64,000 nt of DNA from an uncultured bacterium (lineage in GTDB: Bacteria; Fidelibacterota; Marinisomatia; Marinisomatales; UBA1611): the NCBI GenBank assembly GCA_943788175.1, contig CALSPG010000005.1:326211-390210 (forward strand), written 5' to 3'. The position numbers were made by a program, and so were the translations under genes. Each line of letters begins with the position of its first letter. The stretch's first letter is position 1. Positions 25,200-34,351 of the stretch are shown one piece after another. Under the pieces are notes generated by a model. That model ran no database searches. It saw nothing but the letters and a program-made list of their open reading frames with translations, and was not told the DNA's origin.

Positions 25200-26031
25200 A
25201 TGAAATATAAATTATATATATCAATGCTTTTATTGTCTTCAACAATTTTTTCAGTAGGGGATAAAGAATTAATTTTTATTTATAATGCTAAAAGTGGTTT
25301 AGTTAATGAAATGATTGATTTTGCTCATAAAATAGTCAGTCCCCGGAACTTACGACTGTAATCTTTGTGCTATGTCGTATGGTACATTTACGAAAAAAAA
25401 AAGATGGTCAGACTATATTAATTCTTTACCAATCAAATCGACATTTACATATAAAGATAAGGTCTCGGCTTTGGAAAAAGAGTTAAGTAATTTAAAGTTT
25501 CCAACTATAATAATTCGTGACGGTGTGGAGTTAAATGAGATAATTTCTAGGGATGAAATAAATAGTATTAAAAATTTAAATCAATTAATTAGTCTTTTAA
25601 ATGAAAGGTTAGATGAAAACGGAATGAAATTAAAAAAGGGTAAAGACAAATATGTTACTGAACAGGAATGGGAAAAAAAATTAACGCCAGAGGAATTTCA
25701 TATATTAAGGGAAAAGGGAACTGAAAAACCTTTTACGGGCGAGTATGATAAGTTTGATAAAGAAGGCATGTATAAATGCGCTGGTTGCGGTACTGAATTA
25801 TTTTCTTCTGATACAAAGTATGATTCTGGATGCGGTTGGCCTGCGTTTTATGAAGCTCTGCCTGACAAAATTGAAGAGACAGCGGATAATACATTTGGTA
25901 TGAAGCGTATAGAAATTACATGTGAAAACTGTGGGGGGCATTTAGGACATGTATTTAATGATGGCCCTCAGCCTTCTGGATTAAGGTACTGCGTAAATTC
26001 AATCTCTTTAGATTTTAATTCAGAAAAGTAA
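25200..26031 (+). CDS. msrB: Fusion of an N-terminal CxxC domain of unknown function with methionine-(R)-sulfoxide reductase MsrB (apparent frameshift in the C4 run at 25341-25344)
   Basis: MKYKLYISMLLLSSTIFSVGDKELIFIYNAKSGLVNEMIDFAHKIVSP is followed, after a shift, by GTYDCNLCAMSYGTFTKKKRWSDYINSLP..., which continues into the 219-aa ORF. The MsrB part carries CAGCG...GCGWPAF...CENCGGHLGHVFNDGP...RYCVNS. Confidence 0.7.
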
Positions 26032-26092
26032 TTAAATAATTAAGTCACGACCATTCTAAAATTGATTTTTTATCGAGTCATAGCTTTAAATC

Positions 26093-26758
26093 TTATCTAT
26101 TTTTTTCATAATCCTTCATTCTGTTTTCAAAGTCATTTTTATCCTTGGCTTGTAGTAGTGGACTAATTTCAATATTTTTTCGAATGCTAATGCTTGGTAC
26201 TTTGCCATAGTTATGGCCTGGATAGATAATCGTACTTTGAGGTAAGGTGAGTATGGTTTTATAAATTGAATTATATAAATCCTTCACATTGCTGCCATTG
26301 CTTACCGTTCTTCCAGTCCTTCCAACAAACATTGTATCTCCTGTAAAAATTATATTTTCTAAATGAAAGCAGATAGAATCAAAGTAGTGCCCAGGGGTGT
26401 GCAATATTTTAATATTTAATTTTCCTACTTTGACCGCTGAATTATGCATTGAAGGAAAATAATTATTTCCACTAATATTAAATTTTGATTCAGGGTGGCC
26501 GACTATTTTTATCTCGGGATAGAGATCAATAAAATTTTTAATGTATTTTACATGATCATGATGCGAATGTGTTATAAAAATGGCTGATGGTTTATCGCCT
26601 TGAGAAAGTTCTAAAATGCTTGGGTGTAAACTAGCATCAATAATTATTGACTTCGTAGTCTTTAAGCAAGTAAGTATATAAGAAAAGTTTTTATCATATC
26701 CACCTTCGAAAGATTGGATCGAAAAGGTTGCTTTAAGTTTATTTATATTTTTACGCAT
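26093..26758 (-). CDS. MBL-fold metallo-hydrolase (glyoxalase II-like)
   Basis: ITHSHHDH motif, HTPGH, and downstream Asp and His ligands. Confidence 0.75.
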   Translation of the reverse strand: MRKNINKLKATFSIQSFEGGYDKNFSYILTCLKTTKSIIIDASLHPSILELSQGDKPSAIFITHSHHDHVKYIKNFIDLYPEIKIVGHPESKFNISGNNYFPSMHNSAVKVGKLNIKILHTPGHYFDSICFHLENIIFTGDTMFVGRTGRTVSNGSNVKDLYNSIYKTILTLPQSTIIYPGHNYGKVPSISIRKNIEISPLLQAKDKNDFENRMKDYEKNR

Positions 26759-26824
26759 TCTTTAACTTATTTAAACTAATTTATTATACTAATTTGTCAT
26801 ATAATAAATTTACAAAATGAAAAT

Positions 26825-26998
26825 ATGAGTGATTATAATGAAAAACTTCCGTGGATATTAATCCTAGGGGGATGTGCAATCTTGGCTTTACGCCTAATTG
26901 TAGCTTTATTTTCCAGTTTGAGTCTAATTGATTGGCTTGCCATTATTATAGTTTTTGCGGGATTAATTATGCTAATTCTGAACAATAACAATAAATAA
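26825..26998 (+). CDS. Possible small membrane protein (57 aa)
   Basis: MSDYNEKLPWILILGGCAILALRLIVALFSSLSLIDWLAIIIVFAGLIMLILNNNNK* has two TM-like segments. It is below the ORF-track cutoff. Confidence 0.3.
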   Translation: MSDYNEKLPWILILGGCAILALRLIVALFSSLSLIDWLAIIIVFAGLIMLILNNNNK

Positions 26999-27046
26999 TT
27001 AATAGTTCATTTTTAAAAAAATAAACTCCTTAACAGAAAGAATCCA

Positions 27047-27775
27047 ATGAAAAATAAATTTTACATGAATCCATTTATTTTAATGACTTTTTTGATATTT
27101 TATACATCATGTAGTAGTGGTGGTGTTGACCAAAATCAAGATATTGCAATAAACATCGTTGATAGTGTTGATTCAATAAGCTACTCCATTGGAGCAGATA
27201 TTGGAGATAACTTAATTACTCAAGGTATAGATATTAACTATGATGCTTTCTTAGGAGGATTTAAAAAGGGTTATGAAAAGAAAACACATCTATTAACTAC
27301 CAATGAAAGAAAGCAACTTTTTAAAACAATGCAAGATCGTATGCGAGTAAAACAGCAAGCTGAATCTAAAAAAGCATTAGAAAAAGCAGAAAATTTTTTG
27401 AAGGATAATAAAGATCAAAATAAGGATATATTAGAAACAAAATCAGGACTTCAATATCGAATCGTAAGAAAAGGAGAGGGTAAGTCTCCAGACTCTTCTT
27501 CTGATCAAGTAAGAGTCAATTATGAAGGGAAATTAGTGGACGGTACAATTTTTGACAGCTCTTATGAAAAAGGGGAACCTTTCGTTACTAGATTGAACAG
27601 GGTTATCAAGGGATGGACAGAAGGTATCCAATTAATGAATGAAGGCTCTGAGTATGAGTTTTTTATCCACCCTAGACTAGCGTATGGTCCAAGACCAAAT
27701 AATAATATTCCGGCAAATAGTGTTTTGATTTTTAAAGTGGAATTACAAAAAGTATTTGAGAAGAATATAAAATAA
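27047..27775 (+). CDS. FKBP-type peptidyl-prolyl cis-trans isomerase (FkpA/Mip-like) lipoprotein
   Basis: N-terminal dimerisation-type helix region, then SGLQYRIVRKGEGKSP...VRVNYEGKLVDGTIFDSS...VIKGWTEGIQLMNEGSEYEFFIHPRLAYG. Confidence 0.85.
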   Translation: MKNKFYMNPFILMTFLIFYTSCSSGGVDQNQDIAINIVDSVDSISYSIGADIGDNLITQGIDINYDAFLGGFKKGYEKKTHLLTTNERKQLFKTMQDRMRVKQQAESKKALEKAENFLKDNKDQNKDILETKSGLQYRIVRKGEGKSPDSSSDQVRVNYEGKLVDGTIFDSSYEKGEPFVTRLNRVIKGWTEGIQLMNEGSEYEFFIHPRLAYGPRPNNNIPANSVLIFKVELQKVFEKNIK

Positions 27776-27792
27776 AAAGTCTTTTTAGATAG

Positions 27793-27866
27793 TACCCCGG
27801 ACAGGATTCGAACCTGTGGCCTCCGGATTAGAAATCCGATGCTCTATCCAGCTGAGCTACCGGGGC
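27793..27866 (-). tRNA. tRNA-Arg (anticodon TCT)
   Basis: The reverse complement is GCCCCGGTAGCTCAGCTGGATAGAGCATCGGATTTCTAATCCGGAGGCCACAGGTTCGAATCCTGTCCGGGGTA. The anticodon loop is TTTCTAA. There is a G1-U72 wobble. Confidence 0.85.
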
Positions 27867-27968
27867 ATAATATCGAAAAAATTTGATGCCTTAAATTACT
27901 TTATGAATTAGACTTTTTCGAATGAAATATTAGCTTATTTTCTCGACGAGGTCTCCTCGATAAAAATC

Positions 27969-27998
27969 TTGACATGAACCTTTAAAATTTCGTACTAT
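27969..27998 (+). promoter_or_regulatory. Sigma70-like promoter upstream of the 76-aa repeat protein
   Basis: TTGACA (27969-27974), an 18-nt spacer, then TACTAT (27993-27998). It lies about 75 nt upstream of the ATG, which has a ggagg RBS. Confidence 0.45.
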
Positions 27999-28073
27999 TA
28001 ATAGGCAGATGGAGTGAGATTTTACTCTAACCACTACCATAAAAAACAAATCAAATAATAATCGGAGGCTTTA

Positions 28074-28304
28074 ATGGCTGAAAAAGTAAAAAATACAGGT
28101 GTATCTAAAGAAAAAGGATACCTATACTATCTTGATAAAGAAGGCGATGTATCTCGTTCGCAAATGGCTCGTGCTGGTAAGGGCGGTGGGAATGCTGAAA
28201 AAGTTTCTACAGCTGGTGTTACCAGAGAGTCTGGTTTTCTATATTTTATTGATAAAGATGGTGATGTCTCAAGATCACCAATGGCCAGAGGTCGTAAGAA
28301 ATAG
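28074..28304 (+). CDS. Small basic protein with two tandem ~35-aa repeats (unknown family)
   Basis: Repeat 1 is NTGVSKEKGYLYYLDKEGDVSRSQMAR and repeat 2 is TAGVTRESGFLYFIDKDGDVSRSPMAR. It has a good RBS, a promoter and a terminator. Confidence 0.65.
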   Translation: MAEKVKNTGVSKEKGYLYYLDKEGDVSRSQMARAGKGGGNAEKVSTAGVTRESGFLYFIDKDGDVSRSPMARGRKK

Positions 28305-28315
28305 AATATGTTCTT

Positions 28316-28347
28316 AAAAAAAGCCCTCATATGAGGGCTTTTTTTTT
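28316..28347 (+). terminator. Rho-independent terminator
   Basis: agccctca (28322-28329) with tgagggct (28332-28339), then T9. Confidence 0.8.
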
Positions 28348-28409
28348 GTCTTTGCGTATTCATTAAATGTTTTAAATTCTGTGAAGAAATTTATTAGATA
28401 TATAAAATA

Positions 28410-29216
28410 ATGAAATTAAAACATAAAATATTCATACTAACCGCTTCTGCATTACTTTTGTATCCTTTTTCTTCTTTAAAGGCAGAAGACCAATTGTTTG
28501 GTGGTAAGGAAAAAGATTCTGATTCTAAGAATAAAGCATCCAAACAGATGGTCCAGGAAGAAGCTCCAATTATGGAGATGCCTAAAATTTTACCACCCAT
28601 TAGTCGCAATAAGATAGAGTCAGTCATACCTGTAAAAAGGTTACCTGATGGCTGGGTTTTTAGGGACGAGTTGCTTGCTCCGTGGTCAACAAGTTTGCCG
28701 GCAGTATTAACGATTGTTCCAGACACCACTGTTGAAGTTGTCTATACGGATGAATCTCGTACGACAAAAGATGGTATAGTCTTACCAATCAAGAGAGCGA
28801 CTGTTGAGTTTAACTATGTGACGCGTTTAACAATAGAAAGAATTACTCTCGGTTTTGTTAATATTGATTATGTGTACAGTACAACTAACAATAGTGATTC
28901 GCATTACATACTTGAAAGTGTTGTTAAAAAAATAAAATTGAAAGATACTGGTTTCCCGCAGCTTACAGCTGAAGATGTTATTAAACATAAAGTCCTCATG
29001 GAATATGGTACCCCAAAGGAATATGACGGAGTTTGGCATAATTATGGAGATGAAAATTCAATCTTTAGAGTAAGAAAACTAGATGAACGAAATGTTAAAG
29101 TCGAGGTTGATGGTTTAACCATTGCGGATAAGCTTAATAAAGCGATTGAAGATGTTTATTCTCAGCAGGGTATCGAATATAAGAAGCGTTTAATGATGGA
29201 TGGTATTGACCTGTAA
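28410..29216 (+). CDS. Hypothetical secreted protein (268 aa)
   Basis: ORF with a signal peptide (MKLKHKIFILTASALLLYPFSSLKA). No family recognised. Confidence 0.5.
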   Translation: MKLKHKIFILTASALLLYPFSSLKAEDQLFGGKEKDSDSKNKASKQMVQEEAPIMEMPKILPPISRNKIESVIPVKRLPDGWVFRDELLAPWSTSLPAVLTIVPDTTVEVVYTDESRTTKDGIVLPIKRATVEFNYVTRLTIERITLGFVNIDYVYSTTNNSDSHYILESVVKKIKLKDTGFPQLTAEDVIKHKVLMEYGTPKEYDGVWHNYGDENSIFRVRKLDERNVKVEVDGLTIADKLNKAIEDVYSQQGIEYKKRLMMDGIDL

Positions 29217-29247
29217 ATTTTTGAAATTTAGAAATGATTATACTGAA

Positions 29248-29273
29248 AGGCCTGCGATGACAGGCCTTTTTTT
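29248..29273 (+). terminator. Hairpin with T-run after the 268-aa gene
   Basis: aggcctg (29248-29254) with caggcct (29261-29267), then T7. The loop contains the ATG (29257) of the next gene. Confidence 0.55.
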
Positions 29274-30504
29274 ATTATTATATTTAATACTTAGCTCAAT
29301 TGTTTTTTCTGCTAATTATAAACCAAAAATAACAAATATTGATGTTATTGGTTTGGATAAAACTTTGCAATATGTTGTGGAGAGGGAAATCCATCATTCT
29401 TTGGATGTCCACATAGATTCAAGCATTGCAAACCTCGATAGGAATCGAATATTTAATTTGGGGCTTTTTGAAGATGTCGCTTGGCGTTTAGTTCCTCTTG
29501 AAAATGGTGATGCAGTCTTACAGTATATTATGGTTGAATCAATAAATAAAACTCCGCCACTATTATTTCCTAGTTATGATGAAGAAAAAGGATGGTCATT
29601 AAATTCTCTATTAATGATTAAAAACTTGCAAGGTAGAAATCGAACTCTTGAAGTTTTTGCAGGTTTTGGTGGTCAACAAAAAATCCAATTATTATTCAGT
29701 GATCCATGGTTGTTTGGTGATCATATTTCAATATCCACTTATTTAGAAAAAAATTCATATGATCACCTTTTTTTAGATAGAAGTATAAATATAAGTAGCA
29801 TAAAAATAAGCATTGGGAAATGGTACGGAGAAAAAATAAAGCTAAGGTTTTCTCCTGCTTTGATTAATAAAAGTTTTACAAACAGTATAAATACATTGAC
29901 CTACAAGTTCTTTATCCCAGAGTTAAAAATAGAGATAGATACTAGAGACATTTTTTGGAACCCAACAAAAGGTTCTAGAATTATACAATCAATTATTCCA
30001 ATGTTAGGCAATAATAAGTTTATTGTATGGAATCAATCTTATAGTTTTTTCCTACCTGCACTTAAAAATATAGTTTTAGGAATGAACACAACAATACAAA
30101 GAAAAATTGGTCATAAAAATGATGTATGGTTAAACTATTTTGGTAATTCTTATAATATTAGAGGTTGGAATCTGCCTGATAAAAATGAATCTTTTAATAA
30201 TTATCGTTTTGGGCATGAGTTCCTATTTTCAAGTTTTGAATTAAGAAAGCTTTTTTTTAATAAGAATGGAGCTTGGTTTGGCTTCAAAAAGGGCATAGGT
30301 ATTGTTGCATTTACTGATATCGGAGCTATTAACAAGAATTGGAAATCTATATCCAGAGATACTATGCTTGGAGGAGCAGGGTTTGGAATTAGATTACCGG
30401 TACCGATTCTTCAATCTGTTAGAATAGATTTAGGTTGGGGATTTAAAAATAAGAAATTTAATAAGAATTTTAACTTGCATTTTGCAGTTCAACAAAAATT
30501 CTAA
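29257..30504 (+). CDS. Omp85/BamA-family outer-membrane protein (single POTRA plus surface-antigen barrel)
   Basis: Signal peptide MTGLFLLLYLILSSIVFSA. POTRA-like ITNIDVIGLDKTLQYVVEREI. Barrel ending ...NLHFAVQQKF (terminal Phe). Confidence 0.65.
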   Translation: MTGLFLLLYLILSSIVFSANYKPKITNIDVIGLDKTLQYVVEREIHHSLDVHIDSSIANLDRNRIFNLGLFEDVAWRLVPLENGDAVLQYIMVESINKTPPLLFPSYDEEKGWSLNSLLMIKNLQGRNRTLEVFAGFGGQQKIQLLFSDPWLFGDHISISTYLEKNSYDHLFLDRSINISSIKISIGKWYGEKIKLRFSPALINKSFTNSINTLTYKFFIPELKIEIDTRDIFWNPTKGSRIIQSIIPMLGNNKFIVWNQSYSFFLPALKNIVLGMNTTIQRKIGHKNDVWLNYFGNSYNIRGWNLPDKNESFNNYRFGHEFLFSSFELRKLFFNKNGAWFGFKKGIGIVAFTDIGAINKNWKSISRDTMLGGAGFGIRLPVPILQSVRIDLGWGFKNKKFNKNFNLHFAVQQKF

Positions 30505-30604
30505 CACGATATATTATTAGAATTATAAATTACGTTAAATAGGAAAGCTTGTGGCGTATAAAAAAAGGCTAAGAGATTTATGAAGTTGGTTAGCGGTTGT
30601 CGTT

Positions 30605-31528
30605 TTAAGACTTCGGTTGCATATAAACTACAATTAGACTTGCAACAAATATACTAGAATAAGTTCCAACCAGCACTCCAATAATCAATGCAAAGGAGAA
30701 AGAGTGTATTACTTCACCGCCAAAGAAATAAAGTACAAGGACCACAAATAAGGTAGTCATAGAAGTGACAATAGTACGACTTAAAGATTCATTGATACTT
30801 CTGTTGACAGTATCAATAATGGATCCTCTTTTTAGAGTTTTTAGGTTCTCTCGGATTCTATCAAATATCACAATTGTGTCATTGAGTGAATAGCCAACAA
30901 TTGTAAGAAAAGCTGCAATAACTGATAGTGAAATTTCATAACCAAGTATTGAAAAAATGCCCAGAGTAATAATTACATCATGAGCTATTGCAGCTATAGC
31001 TCCAATAGCAAAAATGAATTCAAATCTCAAGGATATATATATAAGTATTAAAGACAGAGCGTAAATAATTGCCATAATTGCTTTCGCGCTAAGCTCAGAA
31101 CCGACTTTAGGACTAATTTTATCTTTTGATAAGACGAAGTCTTTTTTGTCTTCTGGAAGTGAATTTGGGTAGATTGTTTTTAAAACTTCAATTACATCTC
31201 TAGAAAAATTTTCTGGCTCGTTTTCAAGTTCAGCAATTCGCAAAGCGACGCTAGAAGTGTTACCAAAGTGTTTTATTTCAGATGAGCCAAAATCAAATTT
31301 TTGGCCATTAATATTAATATCACTTAATTTAGACCTGAATTCGTTAATATTGACTGGTTTGGTATATTTAACTGCTATTAATGTCCCTCCTTTAAAGTCG
31401 ATACTTAACTTTGGTCCATTATTTATTATTAATGAAAAAATTCCTGCTAAAACTAATGCACTAGAAAGTAAAACAGTTAATTTTGAATTATTGATGAAAT
31501 CAATATTTGAGTTTTTAATAATCTGCAT
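30605..31528 (-). CDS. secF: Protein translocase subunit SecF
   Basis: IDFKGGT, GYSLNDTIVIFDRIREN, and 6 TM segments. Confidence 0.9.
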   Translation of the reverse strand: MQIIKNSNIDFINNSKLTVLLSSALVLAGIFSLIINNGPKLSIDFKGGTLIAVKYTKPVNINEFRSKLSDININGQKFDFGSSEIKHFGNTSSVALRIAELENEPENFSRDVIEVLKTIYPNSLPEDKKDFVLSKDKISPKVGSELSAKAIMAIIYALSLILIYISLRFEFIFAIGAIAAIAHDVIITLGIFSILGYEISLSVIAAFLTIVGYSLNDTIVIFDRIRENLKTLKRGSIIDTVNRSINESLSRTIVTSMTTLFVVLVLYFFGGEVIHSFSFALIIGVLVGTYSSIFVASLIVVYMQPKS

Positions 31529-33424
31529 TTATATACTTAAAGTTTTGATTGATTTTTTGGTTATTGTATAAAAAATAGTTCGTGTAACATAAACAGCAGT
31601 AAACATACTTATTAATATCCCCCAGAAAAGTACCGTAGCAAATCCTTTAATGGGACCAGTTCCGAATTGGTATAATACTAATGAAGCAATAACAGTAGTT
31701 AAGTTTGCATCAATTATAGTTGTAATAGCTCTATTATATCCCGCTTCTATAGCTGACTTAGGTGTCTTACCTTTGCGTAGTTCTTCGCGTATTCTTTCAA
31801 AAATAATAACATTAGAATCAATGCACATTCCTACTGTAAGGATTAATCCTGCAATGCCAGGTAAAGTTAATGTCGCGCCTAATGATGCTAATACAGCTAA
31901 AATAAGAACAATATTCCAAATCAATGCGAAATTTGCAATCGCCCCTGCCGCTCTATAGTAAATGAGCATAAAAATAAAAACGACTCCAAGGCCAATGAGA
32001 ATAGATTTTTGACCTCTAGCAATAGAGTCTGCTCCTAGACTTGGGCCGACAGTTCTTTCTTCAATAATGTTGACGGGTGCTGGCAGAGCACCAGCTCTTA
32101 AAATAATTGCTATATCCTTAGCTTCATTTATGTCAGCAAACCCTTCAATTTGAGTTCTCCCTCCAGGGATTTTTTCTCTAATGTTTGGAGCCATATGAAC
32201 TTTGTTATCAAGTACTATGGCAATGCGCTGTCCAATATTTGCACCTGTTACTCTGGACCAAGTTTTTGAACCTTCACTATTCATATCGAGTGATACTACA
32301 GGTAAACCTGCGCTTCCGCCACCAAGACTACCCAAGTTTGCCTTTGCTTTTTCCACAACACCGCCAGTTAGTTCTGGAACAGTTTCTAAGTAATAAAGTC
32401 TGAAATATTCTCCTGAGGCTCCTAGCGATTCAGAGTCATTACCAAAAACAAACTGTCCTGAAGATGATTTAAGCTTTAGTTTGGCTGTCTCTTCAGATAA
32501 TAACTTTTTTAAAGCGTAAACATTTTTTGATTTCACAACCAGATCGCCTTGAACAAATTCTATTAATGACTGCAACGGTGAATCAAGTGAAAGGTCAGAT
32601 TCTCCGCCCAAATTGTCAGAGTTAGAGTCAGTTGTTTCTCCAAAAATCTCATCAACTGTTGTAACATTGTTTTCTGATTGGTTGGAGTCCTTGGTTGGCT
32701 TTTTGTCAAGTTTAGATTCAGAGATAAGTATCTCTAATTCTTCTTCGCTAACTGACTTTTTCAAAATATTGTCTAGCTGAGAAATTATTTCATTTGTAGA
32801 AGCAATGTTTTTAACTAAATAAAATTCAAGTAAAGCGGTACTCTGTAACAGTGCTCTAGCTCTTTCAGAATCTTGAATACCCGCCAGTTCAACTAAAATT
32901 CTATATTTACCTTGCTTTTGGATTGTAGGTTCAGAAACACCAAACTGATCTATTCTGTTTTGTAATATTTCTAATACTCTGTTAATTGAATCTTCTGTCT
33001 CATCTTCAATTGCTGCAATGATATCTTCGAGGTTGGAACCATATTCATGATAATACCGGACCACCTTAATATCACTATTGGCAATTTTTTCACGAAAAAT
33101 ATTAAAAAAGTTTTCTCCCCTATTTAATTTAAACTCATTTGTTATTTCTTCAATTAGGTTATCAAATTTTTCATTACGATTTGAAGCAAGACTTTTAACT
33201 AATGTGGGAATATCTGTTTCTAATAGAATATACATGCCGCCTTTAAGGTCAAGTCCTTGACGTATGATACGAGATTCTATTTGAGCTAAGTTTCCTTGCT
33301 CTCTTAACAACTCTTTTTCTTCTGCATCTAAATTTTGGTATTTTATAGATGGCCATAGAGAGTAAAAAGACCAGCCAAGAAGGACCATGATGACTATGTA
33401 TCTGGGTGTTAAACTATTTTTCAA
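31529..33424 (-). CDS. secD: Protein translocase subunit SecD
   Basis: GLDLKGGMYILLE, a large periplasmic domain, and GMCIDSNVIIFERIREE. It is contiguous with secF. Confidence 0.9.
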   Translation of the reverse strand: MKNSLTPRYIVIMVLLGWSFYSLWPSIKYQNLDAEEKELLREQGNLAQIESRIIRQGLDLKGGMYILLETDIPTLVKSLASNRNEKFDNLIEEITNEFKLNRGENFFNIFREKIANSDIKVVRYYHEYGSNLEDIIAAIEDETEDSINRVLEILQNRIDQFGVSEPTIQKQGKYRILVELAGIQDSERARALLQSTALLEFYLVKNIASTNEIISQLDNILKKSVSEEELEILISESKLDKKPTKDSNQSENNVTTVDEIFGETTDSNSDNLGGESDLSLDSPLQSLIEFVQGDLVVKSKNVYALKKLLSEETAKLKLKSSSGQFVFGNDSESLGASGEYFRLYYLETVPELTGGVVEKAKANLGSLGGGSAGLPVVSLDMNSEGSKTWSRVTGANIGQRIAIVLDNKVHMAPNIREKIPGGRTQIEGFADINEAKDIAIILRAGALPAPVNIIEERTVGPSLGADSIARGQKSILIGLGVVFIFMLIYYRAAGAIANFALIWNIVLILAVLASLGATLTLPGIAGLILTVGMCIDSNVIIFERIREELRKGKTPKSAIEAGYNRAITTIIDANLTTVIASLVLYQFGTGPIKGFATVLFWGILISMFTAVYVTRTIFYTITKKSIKTLSI

Positions 33425-33586
33425 TTTTTATCTATATTTGTTTAAATGTTGATTTAAGAGCGGAAATTTAACTTTGGACAAGGCTTAGAGCAACATAACA
33501 TATTCATTTTTATTTAGCGGTATACTTTCTTAAATACATTTTTTTGCAAATTAATAAGAATTAATTTAGACGCTATCTATTTAATC

Positions 33587-34351
33587 ATGGGAAAAGTTTT
33601 ATCATTTATAAATCAAAAAGGTGGAGTTGGAAAAACAACTTCGGCTGTCAATGTTGGGCTTAGTCTAGCTGTATCAGAAATAAAAACGCTGATAGTAGAT
33701 TTAGACCCTCAAGCAAATGCTACGATTGGTTTATCTGATTTAACTAAAAAATCAGATAAAAACATTTATGATGTTTTGATAAATGAAACTGATATTACTG
33801 ATGCAATTGTAAAAACGACATTTCCTTGCTTAGATGTTGTGCCCTCTACAAATGATTTAGTTGGCGCTGAGATAGAACTGGTAAATATTATGGCTAGGGA
33901 GTATCAATTAAAAACAGCGTTAAAAAAAATTGTACGTAAATATGATGTCATAATTTTAGACTGTCCCCCATCCCTGGGGTTGTTAACTATTAATGCTTTG
34001 ACCTCCTCTCATGCTATTATTATTCCAATACAGTGTGAGTACTATGCCTTAGAGGGATTAAGTCAACTTTTAAACACCTTTAGATTAGTACAGCGACACC
34101 TAAATAAAAAACTTGTAATCGGTGGTGTTTTAATGACAATGTATGATAGTAGATTGAATTTGTCTAAACAAGTAGTTCAAGAAGTTAAAAGCTATTTTAA
34201 AGAAAAATTATTTAAAACATTAATTTACCGTAATGTAAAATTAAGTGAAGCGCCCAGTTTTGGAAAGCCTGCGTTACTTTATGACGCGAGCTCAAATGGA
34301 GCAAAAAACTATCTAAGTCTTACAGAGGAGATATTACAGCGTGTCATCTAA
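33587..34351 (+). CDS. parA: Chromosome-partitioning ATPase ParA/Soj
   Basis: Deviant Walker A NQKGGVGKTT, DLDPQANAT and ILDCPPSLG. Confidence 0.9.
   Translation: MGKVLSFINQKGGVGKTTSAVNVGLSLAVSEIKTLIVDLDPQANATIGLSDLTKKSDKNIYDVLINETDITDAIVKTTFPCLDVVPSTNDLVGAEIELVNIMAREYQLKTALKKIVRKYDVIILDCPPSLGLLTINALTSSHAIIIPIQCEYYALEGLSQLLNTFRLVQRHLNKKLVIGGVLMTMYDSRLNLSKQVVQEVKSYFKEKLFKTLIYRNVKLSEAPSFGKPALLYDASSNGAKNYLSLTEEILQRVI

Noticed and set aside
28099-28363. Two ORFs overlapping the 76-aa repeat-protein gene (72 aa in another plus frame, 78 aa antisense)
   Set aside because: Only the 28074-28304 frame has an RBS, an internal repeat structure at the protein level, and a stop placed just before the terminator.
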